NCBI RefSeq assembly: GCF_052425735.1
Contig: NC_135758.1
Span: forward strand, 12,710,001 to 12,774,000
Origin: Oculina patagonica
Taxonomy: Eukaryota
Reading direction: 5' to 3'
Length of the DNA stretch: 64,000 nt
Part shown: positions 13,646 to 25,600 of the stretch, one piece after another
Numbering within the stretch: the stretch's first letter is position 1
Layout: every line of letters starts with the position of its first letter
Made by a program: the position numbers and the translations under genes
The notes under the pieces: model-generated
Databases searched by the model: none
Seen by the model: the letters and a program-made list of their open reading frames with translations, nothing else
Told to the model about the DNA's origin: nothing

Positions 13646-16600
13646 ATGTGGATTGTACTTCTGTGGACAGCTTTACTTGGACTGATTAGTCAGTGTGCCA
13701 CGCAATCGTTCCAGGTTTGTACGAGTTAGTTTTTAAGGTGTTTAGCAGGTTTTTTTCATTACAGAAAGACGTAAAGTTACAAGATGTCATTCATTGCCCA
13801 CGGTGACCAATAAACCGATTAACGTCTTGAGTTCATCTTGTGCTCAATCAGCCCGTACTAGGACACGTCTTAAATACAAATCGACAACAAAATGGCTTAA
13901 ACCACAAAAGTGTTCACAACAAGCCATGGCTTGAACACAGCACGTAGTGGAAGATGCAATCATCTGTGAACAGAGAGGCATTGAAAGAAGTAAACTCTAA
14001 ACACTGCCCCGAGAGTTCAACGCCGTTTTATTTTTAGATGTCTCGCGAACAAAAGTTAAGAACCATCCAAATTTATCTCGATAAGATCTCGAGATCACCA
14101 TAACGTTAGCAATTTACAGCTCATTAATGTGCTAATTTCAACTCACATGGAACGCTCTTTAGATAATACACAAGATATAATAGCTTGCTACTTGGATCGG
14201 ATATTATGTTTTAAACTGTGCATTTTGATATTGGACTGCGACGATTTGAGCATTGTTAACAATTTTGAACTAGTGTGGTTACGATGTGTGTTGCAGCGAT
14301 CGAATAAACAAGTTAAACGGCCAAGTTCTCTTCGAATTTCAGTTTAATGATATGTGCTGGTTTGCCTTCCAGTGCTTTCGTTTCTAACCACAGCCCACCA
14401 CATTTCTCAGAAGTGGGGGCGAGTTGATTAACGTCAAACTAATTTAAACCCAATACGACACCATTAGATGTAAACAGAAATGTCAGAACTGATCTCCTCG
14501 GTGATAAATTAGCCTAACTTCAATTACTCTCTCAGTCTTTTCAATGTAGACGCCAAATCTTGTAATGAAGTTAATTATAGTTATTTGATCAGCACGTTTT
14601 AGCCCCTCTTTTTGCCAAAGACATTTATAAAAAATTGACAAACTTTTCTTAGCGTTCCACTTGGGTAAAGCAAAACAAAAATGTACTGCTCAGAAGCTTC
14701 CATTTGAACGGTCACACTTTAGGTTTTCTTTCACAGAAAACCATATTGTATAACTTAAGCTGTGACAAAGGCGCGCATTTAAAGTTTCAACGTGAAGCTA
14801 ACCGTCAATGTGTTTCAACACGCAATACATTTAGACCTCAAATCATCTTGTGTTCATCCGAATAGCCTTTTCACTTTTGTTACTCTGAACGAATCATAAG
14901 TTGCAATAAATTTTGCAAGAGTTTGGATTTTCGTGTTAGGGGATCTATTTATAACGAGTACTAGCGTCTTAAAACTGATAAACAATTAACGACGTTTATA
15001 TGTGACATCGTAACATCATAATCAAGTTCAAAAGAGATTTAAGGATCACATGAAAACGCCATGCACGGCACTTCTATAAGCGTTTCTTTCACCTTCGTCT
15101 TCACGTTGTACAAGAAACTGCTTTCATAAAATCATTCGACGATGGCAGTTGTGTGAAGCGGCTTTAGTAACATTTGATTATGTTGCCTCTGTAGAAGACA
15201 CTTCTTAGTGAAGAAACAATTTTATGTGGATGTGTTCTAAAAAGAGCATCTTACCAACTTCTCAAAATCATGCGCCATGAATTACTTTAGCCAATTCATT
15301 TTGCAATACGAAATTATTGCCTTAATAAGTACTTGAAAACCGTATATAACTGGTTACTTGACAACCTTAAAAAGGATTTATTTTAAGACAGAACCAATTA
15401 CATGGTCAGCTCGCTTGTAATCATGAAACTGAGAAAACAAAACATGATTTTATGACTAAGGTCTGCTTAGAGCTGCCAGTAATATGTTACCCATTATTTC
15501 TTTGTGAGATTGATTTAAGTGTATAAGCCACTTTTTGTATTAACGATTTCTAGCGATAATTGATTCAAAGACGTGATTGTGCCTCGATTTTCTTTTTTGT
15601 CTCCATATTCATCACCATACACAATCAACAAACATCAAGTAAGGGACCTTTGAAATCGGGCAAAACATTCTTCGAAATAGCTAAACAAAACCCGTGATTT
15701 TGTCATAACAGTTTTACGCGAATAGCTAAATACTATGCAAGGTAGTCTAAGCTGGTAGACCTTCATGCCTGATAAGCGCAGTTAATCTCATTATTTGAAC
15801 AAATAGACTAAGAATTTGAGCGCGGGAGCCCAAATCTAGAAATGAATGCATACAATGTTCCTTACTAATTAACATTCATTTCCTTTAACTATGCGTTAAT
15901 TCGGAGAATTTGTTGAAAAGTCGCCATAATAGTCACGTCGACGATAAACTTCTATATTCTCACCAAATGTCTCCATCACGACACCCCAAAATTGTAGCGA
16001 AAAATTTAATGTACTTAACTATGTATCTTTGCTTCTGGTGGTCTGGGTTACAGGGTGATCGCTGGGGACCCTGGAGTGACTGGACACCCTGTACTCAATC
16101 ATGTGGCGGAGGTACAACATCCAGAACGAGGCAGTGTTTGCCTTTGTCCAGGTTGGTTCTTCATTGAGTTGTTTAAGAACAAATTTAAACCGGTGTGTTT
16201 ATTATCTTAAGATTAGTGGCGCAGCCAGTAAAACTGAGCACTATTATGTGGACTAAGATCCACTCGTTTTCCTGGTACAACAAAAAGCGTTTTAGCGCTA
16301 ATTCGTTTAGAGGCTTCTATCTATCAGGTCGTGTTCTATTGAGATAAACTGTTTTCGGGTTTTGGGCTAGTAAGGGTCTTTAACTTGTTGGTTTAGTTGA
16401 TAATCTCTTTACAACAGGCATCAAGCTTGGAGGAAAGGGTTGATGTGATGAACTCTTCCTTCAAAAGCCTTCCAGAGCGTACTTCCAATCCTTTCAACTG
16501 AACCACCAAAAATGACTCGAAAAGTGTCCTGTTGGGACATTTCAACTAAAACCTGTAGTCATGGTCTGACATGGTTTCAATAAAACAAGACCTAACTGTA

Positions 16601-19600
16601 ACAAAAACAATGCGAAAACATTAATTCAGTGATACCCATCGCCGGCGGTATTGGGGATGTGTCGACTTACAATAAAACGTTTTCATTCGATCCCCAGGAG
16701 TAGCAGCCTACCCAGGTACATACTAAAAGTGTACAAACAATATGGCCACAACAAAGGAAACTGCCATGGAACAGATACTCAATACGACACTTGTAACATG
16801 CAGGTAAGTTCTGTTTGTGACCAGGAGAAGAGAGGAGGGCAGAAGGTGCCAGTGTCTAGTATATCAACTGGGACAAACTTACAGTATTTGAGAACGCGCT
16901 ACAAAACTACCGAGATCTCTCTGTATGTAAAGTTAACACGAGAAATGACGGAGGGTGATTAGATGTCTACAACCTTAGTCAAAAGTAGTTGACACATTGG
17001 CTTCGCCTCGGAGTTTCTATGGCAAATTTACCATTAATTTTTAATTGTCATCGCACTCCGCTAAAATACCCCCTCTACCCCATCCAATTATATGATTGTA
17101 GCAAAGGGCTTCCAAAAACAAACCTCAATATTGATAGGAGGAAGGGGGTGGAAAAAGGGGGGCGAAAGGGTGAAGTTGGACCAAATAACAATAAAGTGAG
17201 GCCTAAAATGACAATGTGCGATGATGTGTCAACACTTTTGTCACTTATTGTGGCTTTTCTGGTTGTAGCTAACATGGGTCAGAATTTTAATCTAAAGTGA
17301 TAAGAACATGACGATTTTTTTCAACAGATGTATACATTTTATCCGTAATTGTAATAAACGGCAAAATCCAGGTATTGAACAAGGAATACTGAACAACTAG
17401 CCTGCGTAGCAGGCGCCGTACGTAACAATGACGAACGTCTGAGAGACTTATTACAGAGGTCGAGAAATTTTGGTGTAGAAACTTTGTTGGTAGCTAAATT
17501 ATAGTAAAATAAGTGTTCTACTCGTTCGCCAACGCAGCAAAAATTTATTTAGAAGAGCTAATCTCGACAATCTCCCATTCCATTTCGTTTCTACGATTAC
17601 CAAACCGAAACACACGAGCAAACTTATTGGGCATCAAGTATCATATGTTGGTTTACTTGAAATTAAATTAATTCTTTAGTGTGTTAAGAAACCAGTTCAA
17701 CTATGTCCGTGGACATCTATTTTAATCAGACTATTTATCACCGTCTCCCCCGTCGCGCCCAGAGGCGGTTAGGGTGGATCCTTAATGGACTGTTGAAGTA
17801 AATATTCAAAGCAAGCACGCTAATTTCGAACCACACACAACTTATGAACTAAACAATCATATAGTTTTAAAAAATTGACGTCGTATAATTGTTCAAGAAA
17901 CCATGCATTCGCAAGCTATGTTGACTTTCTCATGAGTAAGTTCTTCAGCAGCAAGATTGCAGACAGGCACTTTTCTGATATTGTTGAAAAACATTAGCCA
18001 ATGAACGTGAGAGAAATTACATCGTCATTACCGCGAGCGTTTTGATTGGTGAATATTACTGACTTTTTCTAATAAACCACGTGACAATTGAGCCACTTAA
18101 GAAGTTAGAGAACAATCATTGCCTTCTTCCAACATCCCTGACGTGGCTTGAGAGGTCTTTTACTTGAACAAATGCCTCACACGAGTACGAAGAAGAATTA
18201 ATAAACCTAATTGGCAAGGTTACTACTTTAACAGCCAATTTAATCCACGTCTGAAATTCTCGTTACGATAAAAAACCCGACTGGTCAATAACTAATTATC
18301 TTCTTAGCAACATTGACCTCAATAGACTCTTATTGCGGTTTTGCCTTTTAGCGCGTTTTTGTTATTTATCTCCGTGCTTTCTTTTCAGTGGGAGGTCATG
18401 CAGTTTGATTATCGCCTTCGCGCTCCGCCTTCTGGTGCCCTCCTTAGATTTTAAGCTGTGCAGTGAAACAACAATTAATGGCGTCTTTTTAAGTCCGAAA
18501 GCATAACGGATAAGAGCATAATTTTTACCTAAATACGCCTCATTTCATCGCATAACTTTGTGTTCAATTCATCGTGTTGGCCGCCAAGCGTACATGGTGG
18601 CAATTCGCACTCCTTTCATCTCTGGAACAAATATGGTTTGATAATGCTTGGGGTCACAACTCTGTCGAACTTTCTATTTTTGTCGGGCTGGCAAACGCTC
18701 CAACTGGCAGACTGGGTAAACAGCATTGTCATATCTGTACCTGCCACCTTGAAGAGTATTACTGGGGTTACATTAGAATGCAGGCTGTGAGTCTTCAAGC
18801 GTGGACTGCTAAAGGCAATACGCAATCATAGCAATGGCAAATGTAAATCCAGGATTATTAATGATCGTACTGCTGAGTGCAGTTGGGTGCAGAGCGCAAG
18901 ATGTTCAGGAAACCTTACAACTTAGACGGAATTTAAGAAAGCTCATTGAAGCAGAGCTAAATAATCTTGACAGCGATTTAAATTCGTCGTTGGGTGACCA
19001 CTACGTTAAGACATTGCAAGAATTGAACATATCCAACTTCCAAAGGAATCCCTATTCCGTCAACATAACTGCTCAACTTTTCTTTCCTCCTCAATGTGAA
19101 GTAGGTATCAGTTGAACTTTTCAAGTCTTTCACAGTTTCTTTTAAAACTCTTCTTCTACGTGATGTGTGCCTAATTCTGCTAATTGTAAAATTTAGTCGC
19201 CTTTACTAATATCCCTTAAAGGTTAAGTGATAACGATTTGCTCATGCTTACATCTGGCCTTAAAATGAAGTATTTCTTTATAGTTTCTTGAGTCAAAAAT
19301 CGTTGCATTTCAACTGTTTTGTTTACCATAACATGCAAAAAATGCTAACAGAGTTTACATCTAACTTAATTGGTACCTGATTAGAATGTTATGTTATTGA
19401 TGAGGTATGTTCTCGAAAATAATGTCAACAACAAAGGTATATAACGAAGGATGAAAGAGAGTTTGTCTTTATCCACTAAGATGTTAGTCGCTCATTTTAT
19501 TTCCTAAAAAAAGACAGTTTTGTCTACCTTAGCGACATTGGACTGTTCAGAGAATTTCCATCATATCTCATGTATTGGTCTGATTAAACTATTCTAAAGC

Positions 19601-22600
19601 TTGAAATCATTAGGCATCGCAACAGCTTTAGTCAGTTTCCGTCCTCATAAAGCTAGTAATTCATCATTGTTGAATATTATTTTGTTGAAAAAAGGCGGAC
19701 ACTCAATAGTCAGAAAACAAAACATATGAATATTTGTAAAACTACCACTTCAGTGTGATCAGTTGTAGGATAAACATTGATCCATGTTGACGTGGAGAGG
19801 CGAAACTTTCAATGACCGAGTCACGTTCTTTAAACACCCTTTGTTCGATTAAGCTGTTTGCCACGTGACGATTTATACTATCAGTCACAATCATCCTTCA
19901 GTTTCCGATATTTCACTTACCAAAATGATGCCTTTCTTTTTGTTTTACACTTTAAGGAGTCTCCTAGATCGACCTAGAACTTAAACGTTCACAAAAAGCA
20001 TGATCTTACTACGTACCATTTTTCGCGAAACTTTATGTGACATACAGACCCTGAGAGCCTTGTTCAATTCTCCAACTGATACTCAGTTTTAATGCTCGTT
20101 TTGCCATGCATTGCAAACTATGGTCACAAAATTAGTTCTTATCTACAGTCTACCTTCATCACCTTTATCTATCTACCTTCATTAGTTTTGATCAAGATGT
20201 TTTGATCATCTTTCGACATTCTTCCGACAATCATATGTGTCTCAGCTGGATTCTCTTCAGTTTTGTTAAATTAACTTACATTTGACTTATTTCTAAAATG
20301 TCATATGCTTCAAATCAGGTGCCACAATTGACAACGTGCGTAGCGTTTGCTTGTGTCCAATATTCATGGAATTCTCCACGATGGGATTAAATTCCAAGGT
20401 TAAGAACAAACAAAAACGTTTACTCAAAAAGCAGAGACGATTCTCGGTAATATCTTTTTAGTGCTATTGATTCCTTTATCTATCGTGTTTTTTCTCGTTT
20501 ACAGAAATGTTACAAGCCACCCGTGATGACGCGGCAACGTGCTATCGAGGCCAGAGCGGAACAGTGCAGCAAATTTGACAACACATCCTTCAATGGGTAC
20601 TTCTTTACTTGGGTCCCTTACTTGAGAGGTGAGAACAAAACGTCCAACTTTTCTCACTGTTCTCGCAATCTACCTTAAAATGTATGATGAATAGAAATTA
20701 CAATGACTAAAGTTTTCACTTCCTATAAAGGACCAAAATGAAACCATTGGGAATAAAAAATAAAACAGTTCTTTGAATCTTACTTCATTAAGTCAATCAG
20801 AAAAGATGAAGGACGTTTCTCGTCCGAAGCTTGCAAAGAGCTTTCACGGCCTCGATCACCAAGACTTTGTAACACCCTTTAGAACTCTGTGCAGGTTATC
20901 CACTTTCTCGTGTTCTATGATTATTACAGTCTGTAAGTAGGGACGTCTTGACTTCAAATACTTACAGATAGACTAAACGTACTGCCGAACGTTTTTGTGG
21001 TTAGAGTATTGACATAATCAATCCATTTCGGCTTCATAAAGCTACAGAAAAGTTTGCAAAAGAATGAAATGATTATGCTGGGACTTTTTGTTTTCAAATA
21101 TAGTGAAGGATAGCGATGAATGCGAGCTGAACTGTCTGGCTAAAGGACACAAGTTCTTTCTTCGCCTTTCACCTAAAGTAAAAGACGGAACCCCTTGTCT
21201 TAGTGATCTAAAGAAAGTCTGCATCGATGGAACATGCAAGGTATGCATTAACCGGAAACTCGTGTTAATTAAGTACAGTAGATCGGCTAACTAACTAATA
21301 TAAAAAAATAGTGAAGCAGATTTTAAGGGGCGCTTCATTGTACTTACGTTGTCAATCCAAATTTGTTACTGTAATGATGTTGGATACATCGGAAACATGG
21401 GTTTCTGATACAATCAACAACTAACGTTGACACAATAATAAAGGCCTTCTTCAACAAATCCCAGGACGAAAATGGGTGATGACTTGCCAGCCATTTCCAT
21501 GCAATGAGAATCTTGAAACCTCTTTAAAAAACGTCTAGCATAAAGTTTACTGTACAGTACTTAACTGAAATAATATATCAACTTACCCCGTGGTTTTATA
21601 TTTTAGGACCTGCCCTCAGAATGTAAAGATGGCGGCTGTTTTGGTCAGAAGCCTGCGACACCAACGCAAAGGCGGTCTGGTGTTTTCACGTCAAGAGACG
21701 TTTCTAGAGGACATCTGAGTAAGTTTGCTTTCCAGTGATATTTTTTTCCCCCATTAGATCACTTGGTTCCCTTGCGTTTTACACTAACTGGTCCCACGTA
21801 GCTAACCAAAGGCCGGCACCACTCCAATTCTCTCTCGTTGTTCATAAAACACGCATATTTCTACGACATTATTCCTGTTATCACCGTAAGGGGCGACAAT
21901 AATAACTCTACGTCAGTTGTTATAGCAACGAGTAGGCCGGTAGAAGGTTCTGTGAGGGGAGTGTTGTTGGTGATGGTGGTGGTGGAGGGGGGAGAGTGGT
22001 GGAGTGGAGTGGAGTGGTGAGAGTGGTGTGGTGGTGATGGTGATGGAGTTGGAGTGGTAGTGGATAGTGGTGGTGGAGTTGGAGTGATCGGTGGTGGTAG
22101 GGTGGTGTTGGAGGGATCGGACTGGATTATCGTATTAAAAATTGTCAACTCAGGATACTTTTTGCTTTTAGACAACTTTTTCTTGGGTCCTCACAGTAAT
22201 AAAGCGTGTTTTACAGTATATATGTGTAAATATTCATACGTTGTTTTATCAGTCTTAGGGTATAACCCTGTGATCACAATCCCTGCTGGTGCCACTAATA
22301 TTAACGTCACAGAGATCCGCAGAAGCAAGAATTACTTAGGTGAGTTTTCCTGTAGCAAACAAAGCCTTTTCAAAGTTGCTTAATATTTGACCATAAATAA
22401 GACTAATGGAATAAAACTAGTTTAAGAATAGTGTATATTAAATAGATGACTATATGGTCCTATGAGTAGAGTTCCAGCTTCTTTTATTTAGCATTTTTTT
22501 GTTTGTTTCTTTAAAACTGCAAAAAATCTTTGACATCAGTGTAGTGCAACAATGATTCAAAGTTATAGATGGAAAGGAAAAACTAGAAATTAGCGCACTG

Positions 22601-25600
22601 TCGCTCTTACTGATTCTTAGTGGCATGAGCCTTGACTTAATTGAATGTGTCCATTATTTCAACAACAATATTTGACTCTTAGAATATAGAGGTAGAAAAA
22701 GCCACAAACACAGGCGAAATTTCGTAACGCAATGTTAACAATAACGAGACCAACTTTTTCCGGGTTGGCACCAAACTCATCATTAGTTTCGCCTTTTCGT
22801 CTAAAAATACACTTAAAACAGTTGTTGTGTCACAGACGAAATATTTTCACACCAAGAAATAATGAATCTCGGGTAACATTGTTTTCAGCTCTGAAGTCCC
22901 ATGATTCAAACAAGTACTACATCAATGGAAACTGGGTTATCGATTTACCTAAGGGCTATGACGTGGCTGATACGACCGTATATTACACAAGGCCTCGTAG
23001 AAACAAGGGAGAAAATGAGGCTTTTATCGCCGCTGGACCAACTTCTGAAGATCTTGATGTTATGGTGAGAAGAAATAATATTGAAACAAATGTTGCAACT
23101 ACACTTCTTGATGTGACTTTTGGTGACATTACACCAAACAAGAAGACTTAGATTCTTACATTTATTGAAAACAAAATTTGCAACAATTCTTCTGTTCGAT
23201 TTTTGGTGACATTACGCCAAGCAGGAAGACTGAAATTCTAGCAGTTTTATTTTGGAACTCTTTGTTTTTTACAAAAGATATTACGTGGTGCAGGAATGGA
23301 AAAGCTAGAGTGTATAGACAGTTCGAAAGTATTCGTTTGTGCTACAACTCAGTGGAGAGAACTGAGCAGGATTAAATAGCTATAAGCCCTGTTATTATAA
23401 CTTAGTTAAAAGCGTCTATTGGCAAGCCCGCAATATGATGGGCAGGCATCGTCAATGACAGAAGCCAACTTTCGTGAGACAGGCACGTAGAGAAAAAATC
23501 TTGTAGGCGGAAAGAAAGCTGCTTATTAAATTTTTTTTAATGTGTCGATGTAGCTAAACGTCAGTTGAACTGGATAAGTGCAGCTTAGTTAAGAGCGGTG
23601 CTCGTTATCTCTATGGACATTAACATAGTTGACCCGGGGCATCCCTCGATAGCCTACAGAATCCTCAAGTTACTAGTCTAATTGTTAAATTATAAAGTGT
23701 TTATTTCTCTCTTCTGTTTTTACAGTTGCTTTATCAAGACGACGAGCCTAGAATCATGTATTCGTACCTTATTCCGAAAGAGTACCCAATAACACAGAAT
23801 CGAAAAAACAACAGCAGCCAGCAGAGCCTGCCAGCTTTCGTCAGAGAGGCGTCCAGTCACAGCCTACCCCACCACCACCCAACCGAAATTCTTACGCTTG
23901 GAAACTTACAGGGTTTACACAGTGCACCCACTCGTGTGCAGGAGGTACGTACGTTAATAAATGTAATTTACCCCACGAAGAGCCAGGAGCTCGACAGCGG
24001 TACGGCACCAAGATCGAAGGAATGGAGCTGGGTGGAGGGAGGAAAAGGGAGAGAGAAAAACCCGGAGAGGACGAAAACCAACACCAAACTCAACCCACAT
24101 ATGGCACTGGGCGGAACGAGCCCGGGCCACTTGGGGGAGGCGAGCGCGACACCCCTGCTCCCCAAAAAAATGATTTAATTAATTCATACAGACATTTATC
24201 GGTCTCTATTGCGCTAACAAATAATAAAGTTGAAGTAAAAATTAAAAGAGCATTGACTCTTCTCAGTAAATCTACACTGTCAGGTGATTTTCCTAGATAA
24301 CATTTACAAAGTATGACACTTGTTTCTTAACTTTCATCAGCCAAGATTATGTTCTTTACCGTTTCACATTGTGTTGGAATCGGATTTAAAGACTATCTAA
24401 TATATATCCAACAACAAAGAAGGGAGGTTTAGATTTTTTGTGGCGTCTCAGTACTTTTGTCAAAGACTTGATGTCTCTTGGCACTGTTGTGTGAAGATTC
24501 CGTTCTTAAGTCAACCCTTGGCAGTTCTCTTCTGAAAAACTTCAAAATGAGGGACATTAATGCAACAACGAAATTCTTGTTTCCCAACAGGCGTTCAAAA
24601 AACGGTGTATCAGTGTGTTACATCAGCTGACAACTCAGTTGTTGAAGAGGCAATGTGTCAGTGGAACCTTAAACCAGCGCAACGGCAGAGAGTTTGTAAC
24701 CTGCAACCATGCCCACCAAGGTAAACTAAAAATCACATCATTAGATTCAATATTTTATTTTCTATTTGCTAGTGAAGGCTGCTCTTGCTAAGGCAAAGGA
24801 ATTCGCAGATAGGTTTGCAGATAGGAGAAACAGTTATTCGCCAAGAATAGAGTGGAATCTAGGAAACAATCGAGATGACATTCATTTTCAGACTTCTTCT
24901 GGCTTCCTTTACACTGTAGAAACCACGAAAATTGTCATGTAACAATATGCACATCACCCCAAAAATATATCGAACGGTTCTGTTTACTTATTTTAACTGA
25001 ATGTTTGTACGTTTACTCGTTCCCTTGGTTGAATAACAGAAGCCTCGAGCCTTCTTGGTGAAGATTTTTACCATCGTCCGTGCATGGACTGATTTGTTTA
25101 CATTTTCAATACAGGTGGGAGCCAGGACAGTGGGGTCAGTGCTCAAAAACATGTGGAGCTGGTATGCAGATCAGAAGTCTCCTGTGTAAACAGCTTGTTG
25201 ATAATAATGGTGCAAGGCAACAGCAGATGTTACCGATCAGCTACTGTCGACAATGGGAGAGACCTGCACCAAGCCGCAACTGTAACTTGCAGCAATGCCC
25301 TCCTCCAGCAAACTGGACAGTGGGAGAATGGAGCAAGGTACATCAATTGAAAGCGAACCCTAGTTGAGCATTTATTGGAACAAATCGTTATACTAAGAAA
25401 AGCCTCTGATTTATTCCATTAGGTGCCTGCTTTAGCAACTCGTTGACGTTCGATCGTTAGCTCTCTTCGCTAGCACAAAGCCACTTGCCGGCTGACGCAA
25501 CAGAGCAGTTTTTCTTTGAACTTACACCCGATCCATCTAATTTTACTGACGGTTTTTTTGGCTTTTCAGTGCTCCGTTACATGTGAACGAGGAGTCAAGC

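Noticed and set aside
21861-22175. Pro/Thr/His-rich mucin-like ORF on the minus strand
   Set aside because: Translation of an intronic (GTG/GGA)-type simple repeat.
23801-23810. Programmed -1 ribosomal frameshift in the ADAMTS-like gene
   Set aside because: AAAAAAC resembles a slippery heptamer, but it is not in the canonical X XXY YYZ register of the incoming frame and I see no clear downstream stimulatory structure; a homopolymer error is far more parsimonious.
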